Below, piece after piece: positions 42,411 through 54,231 of a stretch of 64,000 nucleotides of DNA (the stretch's first letter is position 1; each line of letters starts with the position of its first letter). The position numbers and the translations under genes were made by a program. The notes under the pieces were generated by a model. It did no database searches. It was not told the origin of the DNA and was given only the letters and a program-made list of their open reading frames with translations. The stretch is from Eledone cirrhosa. Lineage: Eukaryota. The DNA lies in the NCBI GenBank assembly GCA_964016885.1, contig OZ024749.1, positions 27,032,001 to 27,096,000 on the forward strand, read 5' to 3'.

Positions 42411-42637
42411 CCCTTTAGCATTTACATTACTCTCTATATACTATTGCATTTTCGCAGTGAAAGCTTTATCTTACATAATTATCTCACATAATATCGAATC
42501 TATGAGATTTTGAAGTAATAACAATACCTTATTTTGAGAACAATACCTTAACATCAGTATGAGTGGGTTATGGTCAGTTTGAACAGAAAGGAGTGAGAGA
42601 ATTCTGGCCGGATACAGCTGGTTTAAATGCTAAAGAG
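42411..42637 (-). mobile_element. piggyBac-type MITE
   Basis: TTAA|CCCTTTAGCATTTA..TAAATGCTAAAGAG|TTAA. Confidence 0.85.
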
Positions 42638-42949
42638 TTAATGTCTATTTTCAATGCTAATGTGGGTTTGACAGGTTGTCACGTTATGAGGCCAACAAGT
42701 CAGATGACTACATCCTGTTCATATGCTGTTTCAGTTTGGCTTCTATATAATGGATGCCTGTCTGTCCTAAAAACCAACCTCTTTACTGTGTACACTGGGA
42801 GCATTTTATCATGATTATGATACTACCACCTCACAGTGGACTGAGTGCTTTTTATCATGGCACCAGCATTAACACCTTACTGGGTTGACTGGGTGTGTTT
42901 TATCCTGGCCCCACCACTACCATATTGTTGCTTTATATTGTCACTGTAC

Positions 42950-43156
42950 ATAAAAGTAGAGTAAGATTTGCTGGCCACTGTCATCATGCCACCTATGAGG
43001 CTGTGTCCCCATTGGTGATTTGGAAACCACAAGCAGTCACTAATAACAGAGATTCTGGTATAGAAATCCAGGATTTGGCAGCGACAATGAACGACAGACC
43101 TACATGGAGATCAATTGTCGAGTCGACTTCGGCCGAGGCCGCCAGATGATAATGAT
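42950..43156 (+). mobile_element. 3' fragment of a LINE related to the 56112-58055 RT
   Basis: KSRVRFAGHCHHA..LVIWKP..RDSGIEIQDLAATMNDRPTW, ending in a TGA-type tail. Confidence 0.78.
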
Positions 43157-43169
43157 ATTGTGGCTCCAA

Positions 43170-44605
43170 TACTACCACTTTACAGAGTGGCCTGGGTGTC
43201 TTATCGCGAGGCCAGCACTACCACGTTACAGGGTAGGCCGGTTGCTTTAAATTGTTGCACCAGCACTACCACTTTACAGAGTGGCCTGGGTGTGTCTTAT
43301 CACGAGACTACCACGTTACAGGGTAGGCCGGTTGCTTTAAATTGTTGCACCAGCACTACCACTTTACAGAGTGGCCTGGGTGTGTCTTATCACGAGACTA
43401 CCACGTTACAGGGTAGACCGGTTGCTTTAAATTGTTGCACCAGCACTACCACTTTACGGAGTGGCCTGGGTGTGTCTTATCACGAGACTACCACGTTACA
43501 GGGTAGACCGGTTGCTTTAAATTGTTGCACCAGCACTACCACTTTACGGAGTGGCCTGGGTGTGTCTTATCACGAGACTACCACGTTACAGGGTAGACCG
43601 GTTGCTTTAAATTGTTGCACCAGCACTACCACTTTACAGAGTGGCCTGGGCGTGTCTTATCACGAGACTACCACGTTACAGGGTAGGCCGGTTGCTTTAA
43701 ATTGTTGCACCAGCACTACCACTTTACAGAGTGGGCTGGGTGTGTCTTATCACGAGACTACCACGTTACAGGGTAGACCGGTTGCTTTAAATTGTTACAC
43801 CAGCACTACCACTTTACAGAGTGGCCTGGGTGTCTCTTATCGCGAGGCCAGCACTACCACGTTACAGGGTAGGCCGGTTGCTTTAAATTGTTGCACCAGC
43901 ACTACCACTTTACAGAGTGGCCTGGGTGTGTCTTATCACGAGACTACCACGTTACAGGGTAGACCGGTTGCTTTAAATTGTTGCACCAGCACTACCACTT
44001 TACGGAGTGGCCTGGGTGTGTCTTATCACGAGACTACCACGTTACAGGGTAGACCGGTTGCTTTAAATTGTTGCACCAGCACTACCACTTTACGGAGTGG
44101 CCTGGGTGTGTCTTATCACGAGACTACCACGTTACAGGGTAGACCGGTTGCTTTAAATTGTTGCACCAGCACTACCACTTTACAGAGTGGCCTGGGCGTG
44201 TCTTATCACGAGACTACCACGTTACAGGGTAGGCCGGTTGCTTTAAATTGTTGCACCAGCACTACCACTTTACAGAGTGGGCTGGGTGTCTCTTATCGCG
44301 AGGCCAGCACTACCACGTTACAGGGTAGACTGATTGCTTTAAATTGTTACACCAGCACTACCACTTTACAGAGTGGGCTGGGTGCGTCTTATCGCGAGAC
44401 CAGCACTATCACATTACAGGGTAGACCGATTGCTTTAAATTGTTACACCAGCACTACCACTTTACAGAGTGGGCTGGGTGTCTCTTATCGCGAGACCAGC
44501 ACTACCACGTTACAGGGTAGACTGGTTGCTTTAAATTGTTGCACCAGCACTATCACTTTACAGAGTGGGCTGGGTGTCTCTTATCACGAGACCAGCATTA
44601 CCTCA
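43170..44605. repeat. 90-bp minisatellite (dimer of subunits of about 45 bp), about 15 copies
   Basis: CAGCACTACCACTTTAC recurs at 43261, 43351, 43441 and onward. Confidence 0.95.
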
Positions 44606-44654
44606 CTATAACACAAAAGTGCTCAGTATCCTTAGTCTGGTTGGGGAAGCATTG

Positions 44655-44865
44655 GAGGTTAGGGGTGTAGGCTATATGGTGCTTTCTGAGGCTAGGGGTG
44701 TAGGCTATATGGTGCTTTCTGAGGGTAGGGGTGTAGGCTATATGGTGCTTTCTGAGGCTAGGGGTGTAGGCTATATGGTGCTTTCTGAGGCTAGGGGTGT
44801 AGGCTATATGGTGCTTTCTGAGGGTAGGGGTGTCGGCTATATGGTGCTTTCTGAGGGTGGAGGTG
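44655..44865. repeat. 33-bp minisatellite
   Basis: Unit TAGGGGTGTAGGCTATATGGTGCTTTCTGAGGC. Confidence 0.93.
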
Positions 44866-45234
44866 TACACACATCCCACAGTGGGGAGAGGAAGTGCTAG
44901 GTCATAGAGGTGGCCTTGAAGCAAGTGGATGGTGTCCGACATATTTGTGGGGTGTGTCTGGTTTTCCATGTTGGACTAAATGATAAGGGTGCAGGCTATA
45001 TGTTACTTGCCAAGGAAGGCGGGGTAGGGTACAGACAACTCACAGTGGGAGAAACACCAGATCATATGGGTAGCCTTGGGTGAAATGTAAAACGATGACA
45101 TATTTATATAGTCCAACCTTTGCTAGTAGGGAAAGCAGCCGTTAAACTGACTGAATACGTACATGCTTTTTTCTCAATTTCTTTTCTGTTCCTCTTCTCA
45201 CTCTATCTTTCTATTTCATCTTTTATTTCTCATT

Positions 45235-45270
45235 GTTTCTAATGAAGGACTAGTGTCCGAAACGTTAGTG
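45235..45270 (+). ncRNA. Degenerate minimal hammerhead ribozyme (core G-to-A change)
   Basis: CTAATGA-A-GGAC-TAGT-GTCC-GAAA-CGTT; the flanks (about 45170-45352) are homologous to the reverse complement of 49115-49320. Confidence 0.65.
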
Positions 45271-45357
45271 CCCTTGTCCTATTTTCCAAGCGTTAAACTA
45301 ATATATTTCTTCATTCTATTGTGCCGTTTACTTTGTTTCTGTATACTTTTTACATAC

Positions 45358-45415
<58 letters not shown>

Positions 45416-46071
45416 GTGTGTGTGTGTGTCATGTTGGTGTCACAACAGAAAGCACCCAGCCCACACTGTAAAGTGGTCGCGTAGATAAAAACTGCTGGTC
45501 AAAAATGGTGAAAGCTGGTCTCAGGATGGTCTCTAAAAAGGAGATAACAAAGGACTTTAACAAATGTCCAGACACAGTGTCTATAATAAACAGTGAGACA
45601 CCTGTGAGACAAGGGAGGGTGTAAAATAAGATCGGCTGAAGTTATTTATTATAAACGATGATCAAGTCATAGTAATATGATACGTATTAGCTGTACCACT
45701 ACGACTATGGTGACAGTGAACCTGAGCGTCGGAAATAACTTTAAGAAGGAGTGGCATTAAACAACTAGAATAAGAAACGTATAAATAATTTTTTTCATTC
45801 GACCAGTAGAAGGATGGCTAGATTAATGGTTATCAGATTGGTAGTTGAATTGATGATTAGTAATATAAAGATATTTACATGTGTAAAAACCAACATATTC
45901 AATATACATTGAATTGACATTACATAAAAATATTTGAGCAGTATCTAATAAAAACAAAACACACTATTAAAGAGAATAGAAAAGGAAGAAAAAAAATGAA
46001 AAGGAGAAAAAGAAAAAAGGATCAAGCAATGAAAAAAAGGGAGAGGGGAAGGAACAGACACAAAACTCAAT

Positions 46072-46500
46072 CTTCTGATTTAGGCACAAGGCCAACAATT
46101 TTGCGGATGTTGAAAGTCGATTAAATCAACCCCAGTGATATTTTATTTTATCAACCCCGTAAAGACGAAAAGGAAAGCTAACCTTAGAGAGATCTCAGCT
46201 TAGACCGCTAAAGGACGTAACTATATGCCACAAAGTATGTTGTCAGACGCTCTACCGATTCTTCCAATCTACCGCCCTCAATAATATAATGGTTTGTGAT
46301 TTAGGCACAAGCCCAACAATTTTTTTTTCTTTTGAGGGGGGAGTCGGTTAAATCTACCCCAGTGTACTGGTACTTTATTTTATCGACTCCGTAAGGATGA
46401 AAGGTAAAACTAACCTCGGCAGGATTTGAACTCAGAACGTAAAGGGAGATAACTGCGCTGCAAAGTATGTTCTCCGACGCTCTACCGATACAACCAATCC
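46072..46500 (-). mobile_element. Two tandem SINE-B copies
   Basis: Reverse complement of head, B-box, Meta-like domain and tail, twice. Confidence 0.82.
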
Positions 46501-47755
46501 AAACAAGTATTCAAGAACAGAGAAAATAAATGGACCTACGTCGGTTTCGACGGGGGGTTGCTTGAGTTGTTTAGTCAACGAAACGGCCTGCTCGTGAAAA
46601 TAACGGGGTGTGGGGCCTTTTTTTTTAAATACACACCATTTGTATAATTTATATAATTCAAATTAATAAATAAATAAAATAATAACTGAGTATTCATTCT
46701 ACAGGTATTACTTGTAATGGGCACGACAAGAAGACTTCTAATATAGTTCTCGAGAAAATTCAGCGTGGTACAGTGTGTAAATGACATGTACAGTCCGTCT
46801 GACAGGCGTCTAAATAGTTCCGTCTATCCAATTTCACTCACAAGGTTTATAATGTCGACCCGAAGATATATGGTAAAAGATATTTGCTAAGATGTTGCCA
46901 CAATGTAGGACCGGACATGGAACTTCGTGATTTTGAAATGTATTTTTTAACCATTTTCATAACGAATCGCTCAGAACCACATGTTTCTACAATATATATG
47001 CTGTTTATTTTAACATGTTTTATATTTATCTAAAAACCCTTTCCATCACGATTTTATGTAAGAACCTTTAAGTTGTGTTCGAAACACCAGATTAATAATG
47101 GGAAAAACTATATTACTAAATCCGTCCAAATTCTTATTTTCAAGATTATTTGAAAACCACAGAATGTCTTTTATTAGAAATATAACGAAAGAGTGTTCAA
47201 AAACCGTAAATTGGTTTAGAGTTAAGATGGAAAGAAATTCTTCAAATCTTACATTATATCATACACTAAAGTACCAATAATGTACTGGGTGATTGCTGGC
47301 CTTGTGCCAAAAGTAGAAACAATTATATCATACACTCTGACTGTCAGGTGAGAATTGGGACAAGATAGAAAGAACAGCGTTGTGGGTTGTCCAGAGAACA
47401 TGAGGCTTGGAGTGGATTTAAACTCGCGGCCGAAAAGCAGTTAGTCGTGTACGTGTCCACCAGACGATTCCTTGCCCCCTATTCCGCTCTTTGTACTATT
47501 AGTATAGCTGACCCCGTAGGAAAGGAGTTTGGCATCTCAGTAAACACAAACTCACACATAATATCTCGTTATCTATGTTATTTTATTATTAAAATTTAAG
47601 CTCTACAGTTTCTACCATAACAGTCCATAGCATAGTCTACAAAGGTTGAAAAATCATTCTGCCTTTTTGATTACTGATTGAGCAAGGATACTGATTAGCA
47701 TTGAGCTTCTATAATCTTTACCAGAACATCTATTGATAAACTCCACTATAATCTA

Positions 47756-47794
<39 letters not shown>

Positions 47795-47796
<2 letters not shown>

Positions 47797-48050
47797 AAAT
47801 ATTTAAAAAAAAATGAATAAAACAAAGAAACAGTTCCTTATATTAAACAAAAAATCAACTTTTTTTGTTTAATATAAGGAACTGTTTCTTTGTTTTATTC
47901 ATTATTTTTTTAATATTTTATCTTGACTGTATTCCGTTTATCTTTCACCGAAAGTGATTTTTGAATGCATCTCTTCTTTCCATGATATCCGGATTACATT
48001 GAGTTCTTCATACGGATTGGACACTACCGTAAACTTTTGGTAGATTTATC

Positions 48051-48052
<2 letters not shown>
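47795..48052. mobile_element. (TA)n-flanked element with a terminal fold-back of about 60 bp (family F4)
   Basis: AATGAATAAAACAAAGAAACAGTTCCTTATATTAAACAAAAAA and its exact reverse complement, about 6 nt apart. Confidence 0.6.
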
Positions 48053-48087
<35 letters not shown>

Positions 48088-48535
48088 CTTTTACTGGTCG
48101 CAGTCAATTAGACTGCGGCCATGCCAGGACACCGCCTTTGATTTAGTCGATAATATCGACCCCGGTACTCATCTTTTTAAAACTCTGGCACTTAGTTTAT
48201 TATCAATCTCTATCGAGCCACTAATTTATGTATACAAACACACTTACAGACAGACAAACAGATAGCTGTGAAGCTACCTAAATGCCTTAACAGCCTAAAG
48301 TTTCGTGTCAAAGTACTAGTCAAAAATTTGTGTGTATACATTTTTTTAGGACACCCTGTATATCAGAGACGATGAAATCTTATATACTGTCGTCGTCTTA
48401 ATGTACGAAAGAGTTGTCAAGAGAAGAAAAGTGTCATTGTTTGTTTGTCAATGTTTATCAAACAAACCAAAAATATATTTCTAAACTGTAATAGTAACTT
48501 TTGGTCAGAGTTGCGAGTACAAATTCGATTTATAC

Positions 48536-48583
<48 letters not shown>

Positions 48584-48599
48584 TGAAGTAATTCCGTCG

Positions 48600-48908
48600 G
48601 AAAGGTCCAGGAAAAAAGAGTGCTCTATGTAGGTTACAGAGCTTAATAGTTATGTAATAAACAACATAAGGCAATTATTTCATTTACCAGTGGTTTCTTG
48701 AAAGCAAACAAATTTTGCTTTCAATCATCAGAATGAAAAAATCCTGGTGTATTTATTGACATTTGATTTTTAAAAAGTTTTTAAAATCCAATGTTAATAA
48801 ATACACCAGGATTTTTTTCATTCTGATGATTGAAAGCAAAATTTGTTTGCTTTCAAGAAACCACTGGTAAATTAAATAATTGCCTTATGTTGTTTATTAC
48901 ATAACTAT
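48600..48908 (+). mobile_element. (TA)n-flanked element with fold-back arms of about 130 bp (family F3)
   Basis: 48646-48777 is inverted at 48778-48908; second copy at 55826-56091. Confidence 0.75.
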
Positions 48909-48917
48909 ATATATATA

Positions 48918-49079
48918 TAGGAAAATGTTTGACTCCGACGGCAGAGCTCAAGCCGTTTCGACGGCTATTTCGAACTATGCGGTCGGGGTCAAACATTTTC
49001 CTATTACCCACTCTAGTACCCTAAGTATTGAGTACTCTAGTGCGTTATGGTCCATCTGGTTCCTTACCACACCTCCTCC

Positions 49080-49082
<3 letters not shown>
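48918..49082 (-). mobile_element. (TA)n-flanked hairpin element (family F2)
   Basis: AGGAAAATGTTTGACTCCGAC..GTCGGGGTCAAACATTTTCCT fold-back plus the shared body TTACCCACTCTA..GAGTACT..TGGTTCCTTACCACA. Confidence 0.7.
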
Positions 49083-49118
<36 letters not shown>

Positions 49119-49195
49119 GTAAACAAAAATAACACAATCGGTACAGTATATGGAAGGTATATATTAGGTTAACGCTTGATATAGCAGGAAGAGGG

Positions 49196-49231
49196 TCTTA
49201 ACGTTTCGGACGCTAGTCCTTCATCAGAAGA
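49196..49231 (-). ncRNA. Minimal type I hammerhead ribozyme, apparently intact
   Basis: Reverse complement TCTT-CTGATGA-A-GGAC(TAGC)GTCC-GAAA-CGTT|AAGA: core boxes, 4-bp stem II, palindromic ACGT stem III, GUU cleavage triplet and 4-bp stem I. Confidence 0.8.
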
Positions 49232-49320
49232 AAGAATGAGAAATAAAATAGATTAAGGGGATGGGCGGGATAGAATTGGAAAAAATGTCTTTAGATAAAA
49301 ATAATAGGTCCATTCATGTT

Positions 49321-49384
<64 letters not shown>

Positions 49385-49571
49385 TTATTTATTTAATTTA
49401 TTATTATTATTATTAATAATAAAAAGGACGATTTGTTTGGTCTTCATTAAGTTTATGAAGTAGTGACGCGCGTTTCGCGATTGATCAGCTCAAGGTTCGA
49501 TCTGTATCGATCTGGCTCGACTCTGGAATCAAAAGCTCGTGGTCTTCTGTTATGGTAATTACCATAACAGA

Positions 49572-49791
49572 AGGGTGAGTCATAAGTAACCGGGAAGTCA
49601 ATGCATTTTTATTGCAAGCTTCATTTATTTGTGTGTGATCACCCATGGTTATATTTTTTTAACTATATATATGTATTTATAATTTATAACTTTATATATG
49701 TATTTATAATTCCGTAATGTATGACCAGAATTTTAGTAAATATCATTTGGAATATAAATGTTGGACTGCCCGGTTCCTTATGACTCACTCT
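49572..49791. mobile_element. Tc1/mariner-type MITE
   Basis: TIRs of about 28-35 bp, AGGGTGAGTCATAAGTAACCGGGAAGTC and GACTGCCCGGTTCCTTATGACTCACTCT, with TA at the right end. Confidence 0.7.
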
Positions 49792-51294
49792 ATATATGTG
49801 TGAAGCAAATATGGCCATGTACGGCGAGAAACTTTCGGTAAAAGAAGAATAGGACGGCTGCAATGGGGGTGTTTTAGCAACATTAAGGAATTGGACAATG
49901 AGGGAAAATAGTAAAAGAAACATGAGCTTCGTTGATGGCCAAGAAAGATGGAGGCCTCCCCCAGACGATATCATAAACCCTCGGTTAAACGGACACAGAG
50001 TCACGGCAAAATACTGTTCACCCATACTGTCAAAAGTGAAGTAAAAATTACATAATCTTTATTACAAGCAAAATAAGAAATGTAAAAATAGTGTTATAGT
50101 GTGTTAGAAACGGTTGAGCGCCGGACTTGAGAAATATCTCTCAAATATTTATACTTTTGTCTCTCCCACGCACCGCGTTTAAATAACGCCAAGGTTATTG
50201 ACTTTAGTCGATAAAAGGATCCCTACCCATGTGTTAGGCCTGGGTCAATTACTAAATTTATCTCTCCCAGAAAGACCTGATAATTAGACAGTCAATACTA
50301 AAGGGTGGACAAGATTGAAGGCTTAAACTTCTAACTTAATATATATTCCTTCCAATAAGTCATGTCCCAAACTTTTTTGGTAAATTTTCACAGAACTTTC
50401 ATACAATTTGCCGAAAATAGTAGAACCGAAACCTATATTTTACAGTTAATGCCCACCACCAAAATTATAAGACATTATATGAAACAACGGTAAAAGTTTA
50501 ACCGTAGGGCAGAAAACTTATATCTACACTATATCTCATAAGTATAGAGTTGAATAATGGTCTTAACCAGTAAGGAGATTTGCAGCTGCAGTACTTTATT
50601 TTTCATATAAATATATTAATATTTCGTTTGCATTCAAAATGTTTATACATTTCAAATTAAATATATATTTGTTTATTAGTTTTTTTTATAATCATATAAC
50701 AAATATATAAGATTAAATAGAAGTACATACATATAAATAATTATTGCTAGGAACCTTTGTTTCTAAAAGATATATGGTACCTTATATCACGGAACCCATA
50801 CTCATATTTTACGATCACCACCACCTTAATTAAAATAAGATATATGAAACAAAAGAAAAGTTTTATCGTGCGAATTTATTCATATAAAACATTTTTTTTT
50901 TAAATTAAATTCTATCAAAAGACATTATATCGCGGAACCACGGATTTTTATAACCTAGAGCCCACGATATTCCTCGGGGAAACACTGCTCTTCATAAAAT
51001 ATGCGAGATGGAGATGGAATGGAATTATAATAGAAGAGCTTAAGCACCTGTTGTAATCTGGTGTAGGGGAACAATCCAGTTGTGTGTACTATATATATAT
51101 ACATATATATAAGCAAAACTAAAAATACATTCTCAGTTGTATAAATAACATTATAAATTAGTTTATAATTCCTACAGAAATAATGTATCACCAGTTTTCC
51201 TATTCACGGATTTTTTGCTAAATTTCATACGAATGAAACAGTTCTAGTCCTGCAAGAGTCATATCTCTCATATATATATATTAATCAGAATGGA

Positions 51295-51463
51295 TGCAGT
51301 AAAAACCAGTTAGGCCATTACTCATCAGAGTACTCGATACTTTGGGTAGTAGAGTGGGTAATATGAAAAATTTGGGACCACGACGGCTGAGCTCCTGCCA
51401 TTTCAACAGCTAGATCCGAACTAGCTGTTGAACCTGCAGGACGTCAGGGTCCCGAATTTTTCA
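51295..51463 (+). mobile_element. Family F2 element (diverged subfamily) with terminal fold-back
   Basis: GAGTACTCGATACTTTGGGTAGTAGAGTGGGTAAT body; TGAAAAATTTGGGACC..GGTCCCGAATTTTTCA and TTCAACAGCTAG..CTAGCTGTTGAA inverted pairs. Confidence 0.65.
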
Positions 51464-51469
51464 AGTGTG

Positions 51470-51500
<31 letters not shown>

Positions 51501-51709
51501 TCCGTCATGCCTTTAACAAATGTGTGGAATAGTGTTGAACAACGACAATACAATTACAGAACTGATAATTGGTTAACGGGGAAGGGGTGAAATAATTCTT
51601 TATTTATTTATTGCCACAAGGGCCCATAATAATAATAATATAAAAATAAATAAAAAAATAGCCAGATGTCAAACATTCGTGATTTCCCCCGTTATAACTC
51701 CAGTTAAAT

Positions 51710-51830
51710 AATAATTGTTTCTACTTTTGGCACAAGGCCAGCAATTATCCCAGTGCATTACTTTTACTTTATTTTATCGACCCAGTAAGGATGAAAGGCA
51801 AAGTTAACTTCGGCGGGATTTGAACTCAGA
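51710..51830 (-). mobile_element. SINE-B 3' part
   Basis: Reverse complement of the B-box, Meta-like domain and tail; a shorter piece lies at about 54440-54520. Confidence 0.8.
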
Positions 51831-52242
51831 ATGGCTTCAAATTCCGGTTAAATGATAGTAAAAGTTTCATTCAACTAAAGACACATAAATAAATAGATTA
51901 GAGGTGAAATACAAGAAATTAATACCAACCCTACCTGCTTTAGTACATGCTTGTTTTGACACACTTCTCACACTGTAAAAAACTCCAGGAAAGGATAGAG
52001 ATTGATAAATAGATAGGTATTTAGACACTGCAGCTATAGGAAAATCCATTTTTCTTTGAAATGCACCATTTTTATTTTATCTTATTTTAATATATATATA
52101 TATATACACACATATGTACATATATTGGTTTGGTTCGTTTGAAATTCTTTACTTTTGGATTTATATTTCCCAGAATTTTAATTTTTTTTTTTTTTTTTTT
52201 TTTTTTTTGCTTGATTCTTTTTAATACTTCCAACTCTTGTAG

Positions 52243-52329
52243 TGATGGTGAAGATATTAGTAATAAAAATAGTGTTAAGTGTTCCTGGTCTGGTCTGGTA
52301 GTTTCTCCTAATTATTTCGACCAGATGAG
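52243..52329 (+). other. Candidate 87-nt exon
   Basis: Long poly-T tract and CTCTTGTAG| acceptor, GAG|GTAAGG donor, length divisible by 3, open frame DGEDISNKNSVKCSWSGLVVSPNYFDQM. Confidence 0.3.
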
Positions 52330-52799
52330 GTAAGGTACTTTTAAGTAATTAGTTCATTTAAACTCCAACTATCACGGAAGAGCTATAAATAATACGAGAG
52401 AAAGAGTGCTTGTACATAATATAATGTGTATATATAGACATATAGATATATACACTCACACGTAAAGAGAGATAGCTAGTGTATGCATGTATATAAATAT
52501 AGGGAGAGATAGATGAGAGAAATAGGAAACTAGAATGTGTATATGTATGTCATATATGTGTGTGTATGTATACTTACTGATAAAAAGTAAGTTAGCTAAG
52601 TGAAGAAAGATCGTTTTGTTAGCTTAGGTTTAATTTTTTTTCCTCTTTTTCCAAACTGCCTCAGTTGTAAATAATAAAGTGTAAAGAATGCACTCCTGTT
52701 ATGAGGCGGCGGATGTCAGTAAATTGTTGGTATATATAGACAGAGTGTGTTGTGTTGTGTGTCTTCCATAATGTTATATACAAGCAACACATAGGCAGG

Positions 52800-53157
52800 G
52801 TGAGAGGGAGATAGAGTGGTAGAGAGAGAGGGTAATGAGCAAACTGTGTGAGAAAGGGGGAGAAGAGAAAGAATAGGAGATGTGAAATGAATCTGTAGAA
52901 AGTGAAAGAGAGGGGAAACAGAGAGTGTGTGTAGTGAAAGATATATAGATAAACAGAGTGAAAAAGTTTTTTATATATATATATTTATATAAATGAAAGG
53001 TATAGAAATTGTTTTAGCGAGAAGCTAACAGTATTCCATAACATATATATGTGTGTATATAATTTCTCTTGTGATCTTCGTATGTGTGTATATATATATA
53101 TTTATATATATACACACATAGATAGATAGATAGATAGAAATAGAGTGAAGGAGTTTA

Positions 53158-53206
<49 letters not shown>

Positions 53207-53945
53207 AGAGAGGGGGAGAAGACAACAAGTGGAAGTAAAAAGAAATAGAGGAGAAGGTAAAGTAGAAGTGTGGAAGAAAAGAGGGGGAAAAGCAGAGAGA
53301 GAAAGAGAGGGGGATGAGGAAAGAAGAAAAAGGGAAGGGAATTAGATTGAAGAAAGTTGGTAGAAGGGGAGGACGAGAGAAACAGACACACACACACATA
53401 CATACATACAGAAACACACACACACATACACAGACATACAGACACAGACACTCAGACAAGGGAAGTGAGGAAGTGGTAAAAACAAAGGGAAAGAAAGGTC
53501 ACACAGAAGGGGTAAAGGAAGAGGTTGTGCCAGAGAGAAGGAGAAAGAAATAGATAGATTAAGTAATAAATGAAAAGAGAGAGAGAAATATACGGAGAAA
53601 GGGGGAAAGAAACGGGGAAAGGGGGAAAGAAACGAGGGAAAGAAAGAAAGTTTAAAAGAGGGAGAAAAAGAAACGGATTGATTAAAAGATGAAGGTAAAG
53701 AGAAAAACAGAAGACTGAGAGATCGCGGAAAAGAAAGAGAGAGATTGGAACGTGGAAGAAAACAGAGAGATAGAGAGACAAAGAAAAGATAAGAGAGAAG
53801 TGGAGAATCATTGAGAGATAGAGGAAGAGAGAGACAGGTAAAAAGATGAAGGAAAAGGGAGAGATACAGATACATTAAGAGATGGAGAAAAGAAAAAGAT
53901 AGAGACGATAAGAAAGAGAGAGAGAAAAGAAAGAAAGTAGAAAAT
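52800..53945. repeat. Purine-rich (GA) low-complexity region
   Basis: Direct inspection. Confidence 0.85.
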
Positions 53946-54075
53946 TGAATGACTCATCCACAGAAGAAACTTTCCTTGTATATTTTATTTCTTTTTAAAA
54001 CTTCTTTACTCCGGATGGCCCACACACATCACATCTCCATATTATATTATATATATATATACATATATGTGTGTA

Positions 54076-54129
<54 letters not shown>

Positions 54130-54181
54130 TACATATATGTGTATGTGTATATATATATATATATATATAAGTACATATATA

Positions 54182-54231
<50 letters not shown>

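Noticed and set aside
43115-44611. 498-aa ORF with 30-aa repeats
   Set aside because: By-product of a 90-bp SINE-module-derived array; it has no real start context.
51310-51335. Minus-strand CTGATGAG within the F2 copy
   Set aside because: No GAAA box follows the potential stem, and the motif is absent from other F2 copies.
52243-52329. Faint resemblance of the candidate exon peptide to the Prp3 C-terminal W-x-G..F-x-x-M pattern
   Set aside because: Too few identities, different spacing and no neighbouring matching exons, so no gene name was assigned.
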